64,000 nucleotides of DNA from an uncultured Chloroflexia bacterium (GCA_963766735.1 CAVYBU010000017.1:197286-261285), one strand, 5' to 3'; counted from the first letter of the stretch, positions 1 to 9,285 are shown. Notes: generated by a model from the sequence alone, not told the origin. A program made the numbers and translations.

Positions 1-365
1 AGGTGTTCAACGACGCTGTCGCCGGTGCGCACGAGCCCGGCGATGGCCTTGGCCGCATCCAGCACGGAGCCGCCGCCCACCCCCAGCACGACCTCGACCC
101 CGGCGTCCCGGTGCGCAGCCACGGCCGCGTCAACGACCGCCGGAGACGGCTCGTCGGCCACGGCCACCTCGCCCACCACGGTTGCCCCCACGGCAGCCAG
201 CCCCGCGAGAAGGGTCTGCCGCCGCCCGGATGCGGCCAGAGACCGCCCCCCGGTCACCAGCAGTACCCGGCGTCCGTGACCCGCCACGATCTCGGGCACG
301 CGCCCGAACCCGCCCGCTCCAAAGCTGATCCTGGGCACACGCCCCAGCGAGAACGGCGAGACCAC
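1..365 (-). CDS. Iron-containing alcohol dehydrogenase, N-terminal part (runs off window edge)
   Basis: Manual translation from GTG at 365: VVSPFSLGRVPRISFGAG...LLVTGGRS...DEPS...VLGVGGGSVLDAAKAIA. GGGSxxDxAK is the Fe-ADH NAD-binding signature. Absent from the ORF track because there is no stop inside the window. Confidence 0.85.
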   Translation of the reverse strand, partial: MVSPFSLGRVPRISFGAGGFGRVPEIVAGHGRRVLLVTGGRSLAASGRRQTLLAGLAAVGATVVGEVAVADEPSPAVVDAAVAAHRDAGVEVVLGVGGGSVLDAAKAIAGLVRTGDSVVEH

Positions 366-370
366 GAGGC

Positions 371-676
371 TCAGCCCGCTCCCGTCTCGGGGAACAGCCC
401 CTCGTACCGGACGCCGACACGCGGCTCCACGAACCAGTCTGCCGTCGCCTCGCGCCAGGCGTCGTAGTGCGTGGTCGTCTTGTGCAGCTGCGCCGCCGCC
501 TCGTCCGTGTACCACTCGTACAGGACGAACCGGGTGGGGTCCTCCACGGAGCGGATGACGTCGAACCGCATGTTGCCGTCCTCCCGGGTGGAGGCTTCGT
601 GGTTGGCGCGCGTCGCGTCGACGAACGCGTCGATGCATTCGGGCTTGACGTGGCAGTGGACGAGGGTCACGAACAT
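371..676 (-). CDS. Antibiotic biosynthesis monooxygenase (ABM) family protein, LsrG-like
   Basis: 101 aa with EDGNMRFDV...FVLYEWY...HKTTTHY pattern typical of ABM/LsrG proteins; GGAG RBS. Confidence 0.8.
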   Translation of the reverse strand: MFVTLVHCHVKPECIDAFVDATRANHEASTREDGNMRFDVIRSVEDPTRFVLYEWYTDEAAAQLHKTTTHYDAWREATADWFVEPRVGVRYEGLFPETGAG

Positions 677-870
677 GGCTGGCTCCCTGGCGGCGGCTGC
701 ACCGGCCCCGAATCTATGCCGTCTGGCAGGCCAGTATCGGATGATATGGATCGCCTGGCCTCCCGGGCCCGGCGTGCCGCGGGATCAGATCCCCCCGGAC
801 GGCACTGTCCGCGCCGGGACGCGGGGTCGAGGCTGGCAACGATCAGTGCGTCCGTCCCGGAGGAGCGTCC

Positions 871-1284
871 ATGGCCCGCCAGTTCGTCGTCCAGCTCGAG
901 AACCATCCGGGCGAGCTCTCCCGCCTCGTGAAGAACTTCGCGGCACGGGGCGTGCAGATCCACCACGTCGCGTGCGTGGGCGCCGGGCCGCTCCAGTGCA
1001 TGTTCCTGACCACGACGGACGACGACGCCGCGCGCGAGGTCATCCAGGGCAGCGGCCACGAGTTCATCGAGGGCGAGCCGATCATGGTCGAGATCCCGGA
1101 CGTGCCCGGCTCGCTGGGCGAGGTCAGCCAGAAGCTCGCGCAGGCGGGCGTGCTCGTGACGGGCGTCATCCAGGCCGGCCGCAAGCCCGGCGTGATCGAG
1201 ATGGCGTTCTGCGTCGATGACGAGGCGAAGGCCCGCGAGGCCCTCGGTCTGCACGCCGAAGACTGCGTCGGCTGCTCCAGCTGA
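871..1284 (+). CDS. Tandem ACT-domain protein
   Basis: Two ACT repeats (LENHPGELSRLV; IPDVPGSLGEVSQKLA); GGAGGAG RBS. Confidence 0.8.
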   Translation: MARQFVVQLENHPGELSRLVKNFAARGVQIHHVACVGAGPLQCMFLTTTDDDAAREVIQGSGHEFIEGEPIMVEIPDVPGSLGEVSQKLAQAGVLVTGVIQAGRKPGVIEMAFCVDDEAKAREALGLHAEDCVGCSS

Positions 1285-1375
1285 GTGCCCGAGCGTCCCG
1301 CGGCTGAGTGCCCGCGCCCCAGCCGTGCCGGGCTGAGCGCCCGGGCCGTGCCCAGGCGCTCCGAGCGTCCCGCGG

Positions 1376-2776
1376 TCAGGAGACGCGGGCGTAGTCCGCG
1401 AGGCCGCGCTTGATGTACTGGCCGTGGCCCTTGCGCCCGGTGAACTCGCCGTCCTTCACGACGGTGGTGCCGCGGCTCATCACCACGTCCGAGGCGCCCT
1501 GCACGGTGCGGCCCTCGTAGCAGCTGTAGTCCACGTCCATGTGATGCGTCTTGGCGCTGATCACGCGTTTGCGGTTCGGGTCGTAGATGACGATGTCCGC
1601 GTCGCTGCCGACGGCGATCGCACCCTTCCGGGGATACATCCCGAACATCTTCGCCGGGCCGGTTGAGATCACGTCAACCCAGCGTTCCCTGGAGATGCGG
1701 CCGCCCACAACGCCGCCGTCGTGGATCAGGTCCACGCGGTCCTCGACGCCCGGCAGGCCGTTGGGGACCTTCCGGAAGTCGCCTCGACCCAGCTCCTTCT
1801 GGCCATGGAAGTCGAACGGGCAGTGGTCCGTGCCCACGACGCTGAGGTCGCCCTTGCGCAGGCCGTTCCAGAGCTCCTCCCAGTGCGGGTCGGCGGGGCG
1901 GAGCGGGGGCGAGCAGACGAACTTGGAACCCTCGAAGCCGTTGCCCATGTCGTCAAGGCTGAGGAACAGGTACTGGGGGCAGGTCTCCGCGAACGCCATG
2001 GCACCCCGATCGCGAGCCGCGCGGAGCTCGTCCAGGGCGTCCTTCGAGGACATGTGCACGATGTAGACCGGCACCCCGGCAGCCTCTGCCAGGCGGATCA
2101 CCCGGCCTGTGGCCTCGCCTTCGAAGATGGGGTAGCGGGCGACCCCGTGGTAGTACGGGTCGGTCTTGCCCTCGGCGACGAGCTGGGCCGCGACGACGTC
2201 GATGACCGGGCCGTTCTCGGCGTGCATCATGATCATCCCGCCGTTCGTGCGGGTCTGCTGCATCGCGCGGAAGATGTGGTCGTCGGGCGAGAGGAAGACG
2301 CCCGGATAGGCCGTGAACAGCTTGAAGTCGGGCACGCCATCGGCGACCACCTGGTCCATCTCGGTCAGCGTGGCGTCGTTGACATCCGACATGATCATGT
2401 GGAAGCCGTAGTCGATGACCGTGTTGCCCTCGGCCTTGGCGAGCCAGACATCGAGCCCGGTTCGCAGGGCCTGGCCCTTGGCCTGGACGGCGAAGTCCAC
2501 GATGGACGTCGTGCCACCGAACGCGGCCGCGCGGGACCCCGTCTCGAAGGTGTCCTTGGCGAAGGTGCCGCCGAACGGCAGCTCCATGTGGGTGTGGGCG
2601 TCGATCCCGCCCGGGATGACGTACTTCCCGGTGGCATCGATCGTCTCGTCAGCGGTCACGCCCGTCGCGGCCAGGTCCGCGCCAATCTGCGCGATGACCT
2701 CCCCATCGACAAGGACGTCTGCCGGGTACGAGCCGTCCGCGGTGACGATCGTGCCGTTCGTGATCAAGGTGCGCAT
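1376..2776 (-). CDS. hydA: Dihydropyrimidinase / D-hydantoinase
   Basis: True start MRTLITNGTIVT at 2776 after a GAGGAG RBS. PGGIDAHTH metal motif, FKLF carbamylated Lys, HAEN, CSPPLR, GTDHCPF, PNGLPGVE. The longer ORF extension is spurious. Confidence 0.93.
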   Translation of the reverse strand: MRTLITNGTIVTADGSYPADVLVDGEVIAQIGADLAATGVTADETIDATGKYVIPGGIDAHTHMELPFGGTFAKDTFETGSRAAAFGGTTSIVDFAVQAKGQALRTGLDVWLAKAEGNTVIDYGFHMIMSDVNDATLTEMDQVVADGVPDFKLFTAYPGVFLSPDDHIFRAMQQTRTNGGMIMMHAENGPVIDVVAAQLVAEGKTDPYYHGVARYPIFEGEATGRVIRLAEAAGVPVYIVHMSSKDALDELRAARDRGAMAFAETCPQYLFLSLDDMGNGFEGSKFVCSPPLRPADPHWEELWNGLRKGDLSVVGTDHCPFDFHGQKELGRGDFRKVPNGLPGVEDRVDLIHDGGVVGGRISRERWVDVISTGPAKMFGMYPRKGAIAVGSDADIVIYDPNRKRVISAKTHHMDVDYSCYEGRTVQGASDVVMSRGTTVVKDGEFTGRKGHGQYIKRGLADYARVS

Positions 2777-2882
2777 TGGCTGCTCCTCGCGCTTGGATCC
2801 CGCCGACCACGGCCGGCACGGGGACGCTCGACGTGAGGACATCGTACCGAGGTGGCAGCCCCTCTGCGAGGGCCGCTCGCGG

Positions 2883-3098
2883 TCAGCCGAAGGGGAGCCT
2901 GGCCTGCACGCCGATGGCGGCTGCGATGCCGAGCGCGATCGACCAGGCGAAGGCCGCGCCCGCGACGGCGCCCAGCGAGGCGACGAAGGCGAGGCTGGCC
3001 ACGAAGCGCCGGCGCCTGTGGGCGCGGCGCGCGGCGGGACCATCCGCCTCCCACCAGGGATCACGACGACGGAACAGCGACAGCGACGACACGGACAC
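2883..3098 (-). CDS. Small putative membrane protein (about 70 aa)
   Basis: GGAGG immediately upstream; Arg-rich segment followed by a hydrophobic stretch; co-oriented with the hydA operon. Confidence 0.5.
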   Translation of the reverse strand: MSVSSLSLFRRRDPWWEADGPAARRAHRRRRFVASLAFVASLGAVAGAAFAWSIALGIAAAIGVQARLPFG

Positions 3099-3236
3099 CT
3101 CCAGCAGGGCTGAGTGTGGCCGCCGGGACGTGCCTGGTCGAGGGTGACCTCAGGCCCCCGGACCCTCTCCGCACCCCACCGGAGCGCCCGTCTTCTCTGC
3201 GGAGTCCGTCGCCCCGGCAGGGCACCGGTGCGCCGC

Positions 3237-3290
3237 GGCACCGGCGGTCGGCCGGGCACAGGCGGTCGGCCCGGCACAGGCGGTCGGCCC
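3237..3290. repeat. 18-bp tandem repeat x3 (GGCAC[A/C]GGCGGTCGGCC[C/G])
   Basis: Units read directly at 3237, 3255 and 3273. Confidence 0.85.
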
Positions 3291-3350
3291 GCGAGCCTGC
3301 CGTGCAGGGTGCGCCCGCCGCCGCCCTACGTGCTCCGGCCCCGCGGGTCC

Positions 3351-4361
3351 TCAGGAGCGGGTCGGTGTGAAGTCCTTGAGGGCGGGGATGATCTCGCGGC
3401 CGTAGATCGCCAGCTGCTCTTCCTCGTTCCCGTTCATGAGGTACAGGTTGAACTGGTCCACGCCGGCCTCGGCCAGGTCGCGCAGGCGCACGATGTGCTG
3501 CTCCACGGACCCCACGAGGCAGAACCGGTCCACGATCTCATCCGTCACGAACGAGGCGTTGGAGCTGCCAACCTCGGCATGGTGGAGGTAGTCGTAGCCC
3601 TCGCGATCGCGGATGTAGGTCGTGAGCTCCGCCGGGAGATCCTCGCGGGGGTACTTGTTGACCAGGTCAACCACGTGGTTGCCCACCAGGGCCGGGAACC
3701 AGCGCGTGCGGTCGCGGCCGTCGGCGAGGTCGCCCACGTGTGCCGGCGCGGCGGCCATCACCTGCACCGCGTCCGGGTCGCGCCCGGCCTCGACGGCGGA
3801 GGACTTCACCTGCGACGTGAACCACCGGATCAGGTCCGGGTCCCCGATCTGGAGCATGGCTCCGTCCGCGATCCGTCCGGTGAGCTTGAGGGCGACCGGT
3901 CCATAGCCCGCGATCCAGACGGGCAGCGGGTGCCCGCGCGTCCAGGTCAGCTCCAGCATCGTCCCCTCGAACTCGATGCTCCGGCCCTCGACCAGGGCCC
4001 GCACGACGTGGACCGCCTGCTCCAGGTCCTTCATCGTCGTGGGCGCCTTGCCCAGCACGCGGCGCGCGGAATCGCCCCGCCCGATGCCCAGGTCCATGCG
4101 CCCGCCCGAGAGCTCCTCGAGAACGGCAAGGGCGGATGCGGTGACGCTGGGCTCCCGCGAGCCCGGGTTCGTGACGCAGGTGCCCAGGCGCATCCGGGTG
4201 GTGGCCTGCGCCATGAGGGTCAGCAGGGGATAGGGATCCTTGAACAGCACATGGGTGTCGAACAGCCAGCCGTATTCGAAACCGGCGGCCTCGGCCTGCT
4301 TCGTCAGCGCGATGGTGCGATCGATCGAGTGGTCGGGCTTGAGCGTGAAGCCGAAGCGCAT
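3351..4361 (-). CDS. LLM-class (luciferase-like) probable F420-dependent oxidoreductase, TIGR03842-like
   Basis: MRFGFTLKPD...WLFDTHVL...GTCVTNP...DLGIGRGDSA...YDYLHHA; lies between dihydropyrimidinase and nitrilase, the usual context of this subfamily. Confidence 0.85.
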   Translation of the reverse strand: MRFGFTLKPDHSIDRTIALTKQAEAAGFEYGWLFDTHVLFKDPYPLLTLMAQATTRMRLGTCVTNPGSREPSVTASALAVLEELSGGRMDLGIGRGDSARRVLGKAPTTMKDLEQAVHVVRALVEGRSIEFEGTMLELTWTRGHPLPVWIAGYGPVALKLTGRIADGAMLQIGDPDLIRWFTSQVKSSAVEAGRDPDAVQVMAAAPAHVGDLADGRDRTRWFPALVGNHVVDLVNKYPREDLPAELTTYIRDREGYDYLHHAEVGSSNASFVTDEIVDRFCLVGSVEQHIVRLRDLAEAGVDQFNLYLMNGNEEEQLAIYGREIIPALKDFTPTRS

Positions 4362-4486
4362 CGTTTCCTCCAGGCGGGGAGCTCCGGGAGAATCAGGCGG
4401 CTCGGCTGTCCTCCTCCATGACAGCCGAGCCGCGCGGGATCATACCGGACCTGACTCCGGTACCGCGCAGTGCCGTTTGGCCTGTC

Positions 4487-5334
4487 CTAGAGCTCGACCA
4501 GGTCCTCGTACATCTCCGGGCGGCGGTCCCGGTAGAACTGCCAGGTCTGGCGGACCTGCTGGACGAGGTCGAGGTCCATGTCCCGGATGACGAGCTCCTC
4601 GTCGTGGGCGGAGGCGGCCCCGCCGATGAGCTGTCCGCGGGGATCGCAGAAGTAGCTCTGGCCGTAGAAGTCGTCGTCGCCCAGGGGCTCGATGCCCACC
4701 CGGTTGATGGTGCCCACGAAGTAGCCGTTGGCGACCGCGTGCGCCGGCTGCTCGATCCGCCACAGGTACTCGGACAGGCCGCGGGACGTGGCCGAGGGAA
4801 TGAACACCATCTCGGCCCCGTTGAGCCCCAGCGCCCGCGCCCCCTCGGGGAAGTGGCGGTCGTAGCAGATGTAGACGCCCACCCGGCCGACCGCGGTCTC
4901 GAACACCGGGTAGCCCAGGTTCCCCGGGCGGAAGTAGTACTTCTCCCAGAAGCCCTTCACGTGGGGGATGTGGGTCTTGCGGTACTTGCCCAGGTACGAC
5001 CCGTCGGCGTCGATCACCGCGGCGGTGTTGTAGTAGATGCCGCTGGTGTCGCTGTCCTCCTCGTACATGGGCACCACGAGGACCATCCCGGTCTGGCGGG
5101 CGAGATCCTGCATCCGGGCGGTGGTGGGACCGTCGGGGATGAACTCGGTGTAGCCGTAGTACTCGGGTCCTGCACCTGGCAGAAGTAGGGGCCGTAGAAC
5201 AGCTCCTGGAACAGCATCACCTGGGCGCCCTGCTTGGCCGCCTCGTGGGCGTAGCCCTCGTGCTTCTGGATCATCGACTCCTTGTCGCCGGTCCAGCTGG
5301 CCTGCAGGAGCGCACCTCGGACGTTACGGGGCAT
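4487..5334 (-). CDS. Beta-ureidopropionase / nitrilase-family carbon-nitrogen hydrolase (1-nt frameshift near 5165)
   Basis: N-terminus MPRNVRGALLQASW...FQELFYGPYFCQVQDP in one frame; EYYGYTEFIPDGP...KYRKTHIP...ICYDRHFPE in the other. E-K-C catalytic triad intact once joined. Confidence 0.85.
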
Positions 5335-5668
5335 CGAAACTCTCCCTGACTTGCTCGCACGGGTCCCGCGGTCCCTACCGCGGCTGGCGATCCGGCCCAC
5401 CCCTCCGTGGGGTCGGCCGGCGAAGGAGGGAAGGATACGCCGCCAACCCGGCCGCGCGCGCGGACGGACCGCTCCGTTCGCGGGGAGCTGAACGCGACCG
5501 GGCGGATTCGGACGCCTCGATCGCCGTGATCCGGCGCATCGCGGGGGAGATCCGAGCGGGCTGGGGCCGGCCGCGGCTGAGAAGCGGGCGTCCTGCTGAA
5601 CGGCGGTGCACGGCGGCGCGGCGGAACGGCGGCCGCGGCTGCGCGGCGGGGTACGGCGGCGCGGCGGT

Positions 5669-5888
5669 GCTGCCATGCACCAGAGTGGCTGGTGCCATGC
5701 GGCTGGGGACACGAAACTCGTGTCACGTACCAGTCGGGTTGGTGTTGGACACATCCGTACCGGGCGCCGTGCAGAATCGGGTCGGCCAGGCGGTGCCGCT
5801 CCGCACGGGTGAATGCTCAGGGCGTGCTACCGCGCGACGGACCCTGTCACCACCCGGACTTGCACCAGCGTCACTGGTGGATGGCAGC
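5669..5888. ncRNA. Candidate ~220-nt structured non-coding RNA (long imperfect rod); family unknown
   Basis: 27-nt terminal inverted repeat (5669-5695 / 5862-5888) with nested helices 5732-5744/5848-5860, 5754-5758/5837-5841 and 5767-5775/5800-5808, plus hairpin 5708-5724. No credible ORF. Confidence 0.5.
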
Positions 5889-5980
5889 TTCAGCGTTGGG
5901 TGCAGCCAGCTTTGGGTGGAGCCAGCGTCGACCGGCGTCGACCGGCCAGCCACGCGTTCACCGGGCCCGTCCCGACGCGG

Positions 5981-6047
5981 CACCCGCCCCGCGCCGTCTC
6001 GACCGGCCGGCGGCGCGTTCACCCGCCCCGCGCCGTCTCGACCGGCC
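5981..6047. repeat. 28-bp direct repeat x2 (CACCCGCCCCGCGCCGTCTCGACCGGCC)
   Basis: Identical copies at 5981-6008 and 6020-6047. Confidence 0.8.
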
Positions 6048-6171
6048 CGTGGCGCGGCCCCGCCCCGCGACGCGGCCTCCGGCCGCTCCCGCGCTGTGCT
6101 GTAATTGCCTTCACGGCTGACCGCGTATCGCACGGGCGGGCCCCCTGACGGCCCCCCGGATCGGAGGAACC

Positions 6172-7503
6172 ATGGGCACCAGTGAACCTGGCATGACCAG
6201 CGAGGAGATCGTCGCCCTCTCGCGTGCGCACACGCTCTTCTCGTGGTCGGTGCAGGGCGCGCTCGACCCGATCGCCATCGACCATGCCGAGGGTGTCTAC
6301 CTGTACACGCCCGAGGGCCGTCGGATCCTCGACTTCAACGCCCAGCTGATGTCGGTCAACATCGGCCATGGCGACAAGCGCGTGATCGATGCGATCAACG
6401 CGCAGGCGGCCAAGCTCCAGTTCGTGCAGCCCGCCTTCGCCACCGAGATCCGTGCCCGCCTCGGCGCCAAGCTTGCCGAGATCATGCCAGGCGATATGAA
6501 CAAGGTGTTCTTCACGCTCGGCGGTGCCGAGGCTGTGGAGAACGCGATCAAGCTCGCCCGCCACTACTCGGGCAAGCACAAGCTCCTCGCCCGGTATCGG
6601 TCCTACCACGGTGCGACCGCCGGGGCCATGACCCTCACCGGCGACCACCGTCGCTGGGCGAACGAGCCGGGCATCGTGGGCGTCGTCCGCTACCCGGACA
6701 CGCATCGCTGGGGCGAGAAGGAGCCGCGGCCTGCCGATGAGGCGCTCAACGGCCTCGAGGACGTCATCAAGTACGAGGGCGCCCAGACGATCGCGGCGAT
6801 CTTCCTCGAGACGGTCGTCGGCACCAACGGCATCCTCATCCCGCCCGACGGCTACCTCCAGGGCGTCCGTGACCTGTGCGACAAGTACGGGATCCTCATG
6901 GTCGCCGACGAGGTCATGGCGGGCTTCGGACGCACGGGCAAGTGGTTCGCCGTGGATCACTGGGGCGTCACCCCGGATCTCATGACGATGGCCAAGGGAC
7001 TGACCTCGAGCTACCTGCCGCTGGGCGCGGTCGCGATGCGCGACCACATCGCCGAGGCCATGGAAACCAGGATGTTCTACGGCGGGCTGACCTACAGCAG
7101 CCACCCCGTGAGCCTGGCCGCGGCCCTGGCGACGATCGGGGTCTACGAGGAGGACGATCTCCTTGGCAACGCCGCCCGCCTGGGCGAGGTCATGCGCGGT
7201 CACCACCAGGCCCTCGCGGCCAAGCACCCGAGCGTCGGGGCGCACCGCAACATCGGCCTGTTCGGGATCCTCGATCTCGTCCGCTCCCAGGACCCGTGGA
7301 CGCCGATCACGCCGTTCAACGGCACCAGCGACGAGATGAAGGCGATCGGCAAGTTCTTCCGGGACAACGGCCTGTACGCGATGCTCGCCAACAACTCGAT
7401 CCACACGAACCCGCCGCTGTGCATCACGGCGGAGCAACTGGCCGAGGGCTTCGCGGTCATCGACAAGGCGCTGGACATCGCTGACCAGGCGGTCACCGGC
7501 TGA
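6172..7503 (+). CDS. Class III PLP aminotransferase (beta-alanine/omega-amino acid:pyruvate type)
   Basis: SYHGAT, ADEVMAGFGRTG and MAKGLTS (PLP Lys) motifs; GGAGG RBS; adjacent to pyrimidine catabolism genes. Confidence 0.9.
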   Translation: MGTSEPGMTSEEIVALSRAHTLFSWSVQGALDPIAIDHAEGVYLYTPEGRRILDFNAQLMSVNIGHGDKRVIDAINAQAAKLQFVQPAFATEIRARLGAKLAEIMPGDMNKVFFTLGGAEAVENAIKLARHYSGKHKLLARYRSYHGATAGAMTLTGDHRRWANEPGIVGVVRYPDTHRWGEKEPRPADEALNGLEDVIKYEGAQTIAAIFLETVVGTNGILIPPDGYLQGVRDLCDKYGILMVADEVMAGFGRTGKWFAVDHWGVTPDLMTMAKGLTSSYLPLGAVAMRDHIAEAMETRMFYGGLTYSSHPVSLAAALATIGVYEEDDLLGNAARLGEVMRGHHQALAAKHPSVGAHRNIGLFGILDLVRSQDPWTPITPFNGTSDEMKAIGKFFRDNGLYAMLANNSIHTNPPLCITAEQLAEGFAVIDKALDIADQAVTG

Positions 7504-7526
7504 ACGGGCCCCAGGGGGCGGACACC

Positions 7527-8351
7527 GTGACGTCCGTCGGCGACGCCGTCGCCCCCGCCCCCGTCGTCCGTCTGCGCGGCGTGTCCAAGACGTGGCCCGC
7601 CGCCGACGGGTCCCAGACCGAGGCGCTCTCGGGGGTGGACCTCGACATCGCCCCGGGCGAGTTCGTCTCGCTCATCGGCCCATCCGGCTGCGGCAAGTCC
7701 ACGCTCCTGCGCGTCGTCGCGGACCTCGTCCGACCAAGCGATGGCGAGGTGCTGGTCAACGCGAAGCCTCCGGGGCAGGCGCGCCTGGACCACGACTACG
7801 GCATGGTCTTCCAGGCGCCGGTCCTGTTCGACTGGCGCACCGTTGAGGAGAACGTGCGGCTCCCGCTCGAGATCCTCGGGCGCCCGAAGACGTGGAGCGC
7901 CGAGCGCACGCGCGCGATGCTGGAGCTGGTGGAGCTGGAGGGATTTGCGGGCCACCGGCCGTATGAGCTCTCGGGCGGCATGCAGCAGCGCGTGGCGATC
8001 GCGCGTGCCCTCTCGTTCGAGCCCCGGATCCTGCTCATGGACGAACCGTTCGGGGCCCTGGACGAGATGACCCGGGAACGCCTGAACGACGCCGTGCTGC
8101 GGATCTGGGGACAGACGGGCATCACGGTCCTGTTCGTGACCCACTCGATCCCGGAAGCCGTCTACCTCTCGTCCCGGGTCGTGGTGATGAGCGCACGCCC
8201 CGGCCGGATCGCCGGCAGCGTGGACGTGGACCTCCCGCGACCGCGAACGGACCTGACGCGCGAGTCGGAGCGGTTCTTCGGCCTCGTGACCGCCGTCCGC
8301 GAGCTGCTGCGAACCGGCGACGCGAGCCAGCACCAAGCCGCAACCATTTGA
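7527..8351 (+). CDS. ABC transporter ATP-binding protein (NitT/TauT family)
   Basis: [32 protein letters not shown]. Confidence 0.9.
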   Translation: MTSVGDAVAPAPVVRLRGVSKTWPAADGSQTEALSGVDLDIAPGEFVSLIGPSGCGKSTLLRVVADLVRPSDGEVLVNAKPPGQARLDHDYGMVFQAPVLFDWRTVEENVRLPLEILGRPKTWSAERTRAMLELVELEGFAGHRPYELSGGMQQRVAIARALSFEPRILLMDEPFGALDEMTRERLNDAVLRIWGQTGITVLFVTHSIPEAVYLSSRVVVMSARPGRIAGSVDVDLPRPRTDLTRESERFFGLVTAVRELLRTGDASQHQAATI

Positions 8352-8447
8352 CGGATCGGCCCGTTGGGTCGATGGTTGGCCTCAGTCGACAGCGCCGGGT
8401 TTGCATCCAGTCCGTCCGTTGCGTTCGCGACAGATCGGTTTCACGCG

Positions 8448-8741
8448 ATGTCCCGCAAGTCCTTCCCCCTGCCCGAGGCAACCATCGTTGTCTCCACCGA
8501 CGGCTACTTCGACGTCTACCCGCCCGTGCCCCGCACCGATGGCGACAAGCCCGCCTACCGCGGCCGCCTCAACGAGCTGGGCGCCGGCATCCGCGGCGCG
8601 GACGACCGCCTCGGCGTTCGACCGTCGTCCACTGCCCTGGCCGAGGCCGTGATCCTGTGGTCCTCGGTCAACGGCAAGTCCGCCCTGAAGGGCAAGATGG
8701 GCGGCGGCCGCGACGGCAACGAGGCCGAAGTCGAAGCCTGA
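8448..8741 (+). CDS. Hypothetical protein (97 aa)
   Basis: Strong GC3-biased codon usage and protein-like composition from ATG 8448; no family recognised. Confidence 0.65.
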   Translation: MSRKSFPLPEATIVVSTDGYFDVYPPVPRTDGDKPAYRGRLNELGAGIRGADDRLGVRPSSTALAEAVILWSSVNGKSALKGKMGGGRDGNEAEVEA

Positions 8742-8868
8742 CGTCCCAGGCCTGACCCGGGCAGGGTGCCCGCGTCGGCGTGACGGCGCCTCCTCCGCCG
8801 GTTGGGCTCGCCCTGGTTCGATGGCGCCCGGCCGCGACAGAGCCCCGCCCCGCCTGCCGACGCAGCGG

Positions 8869-9285
8869 TCATCGACGTGGTGGCATGGCGCCAATCTGGA
8901 GGAGCAGGCCGACCTGGTCGGCGATGCCCCAGTGTTCGATTACCACGCCGTCCTGGAATCGACAGATGTCGATCACGTCGATCTCGACTGGCTTCCCGGT
9001 GGGCGGGTTGCCCATCACGGAACCGGTGTTGACGCCCCGGGCGCGGTTGCGTGTCCACACCACGTCCCCCGCGACGGCGATGTCTTCGACGGTGAGGGAG
9101 AACTCGGACATCCAGCGATGCAGCGTCGTCGCGACCTGCACCGCCCCTTCCCGGCCCTGGTTGTTGCCGCGCTGGTGCTCGACGCAATCCGGTGCGAGCA
9201 GTTCCTCGATGACCGCGAGGTCACCCCGGCCGATCCCCGTCTCGATGAGTCGGCGCATGCGAGCGGCATTGTCCTCGATAGCCAT
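8869..9285 (-). CDS. SnoaL-like ester cyclase / NTF2-fold protein
   Basis: GDVVWTR...G.PPTGKPVEIDVIDICRFQDGVVIEHWG; AGGAGG RBS before ATG 9285. Confidence 0.85.
   Translation of the reverse strand: MAIEDNAARMRRLIETGIGRGDLAVIEELLAPDCVEHQRGNNQGREGAVQVATTLHRWMSEFSLTVEDIAVAGDVVWTRNRARGVNTGSVMGNPPTGKPVEIDVIDICRFQDGVVIEHWGIADQVGLLLQIGAMPPRR

Noticed and set aside
5840-5872. Minus-strand GGTGCAAGTCCGGGTGGTGACAG resembling FMN/cobalamin riboswitch or tRNA T-loop segments
   Set aside because: The rest of each consensus (second FMN half, GGGAA and B12 box, cloverleaf) is absent; treated as part of the unknown structured element.
5669-5888. Interpretation as a MITE with 27-bp terminal inverted repeats
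   Set aside because: No target-site duplication, second copy or transposase in the window, and internal nested helices favour an RNA; not fully excluded.
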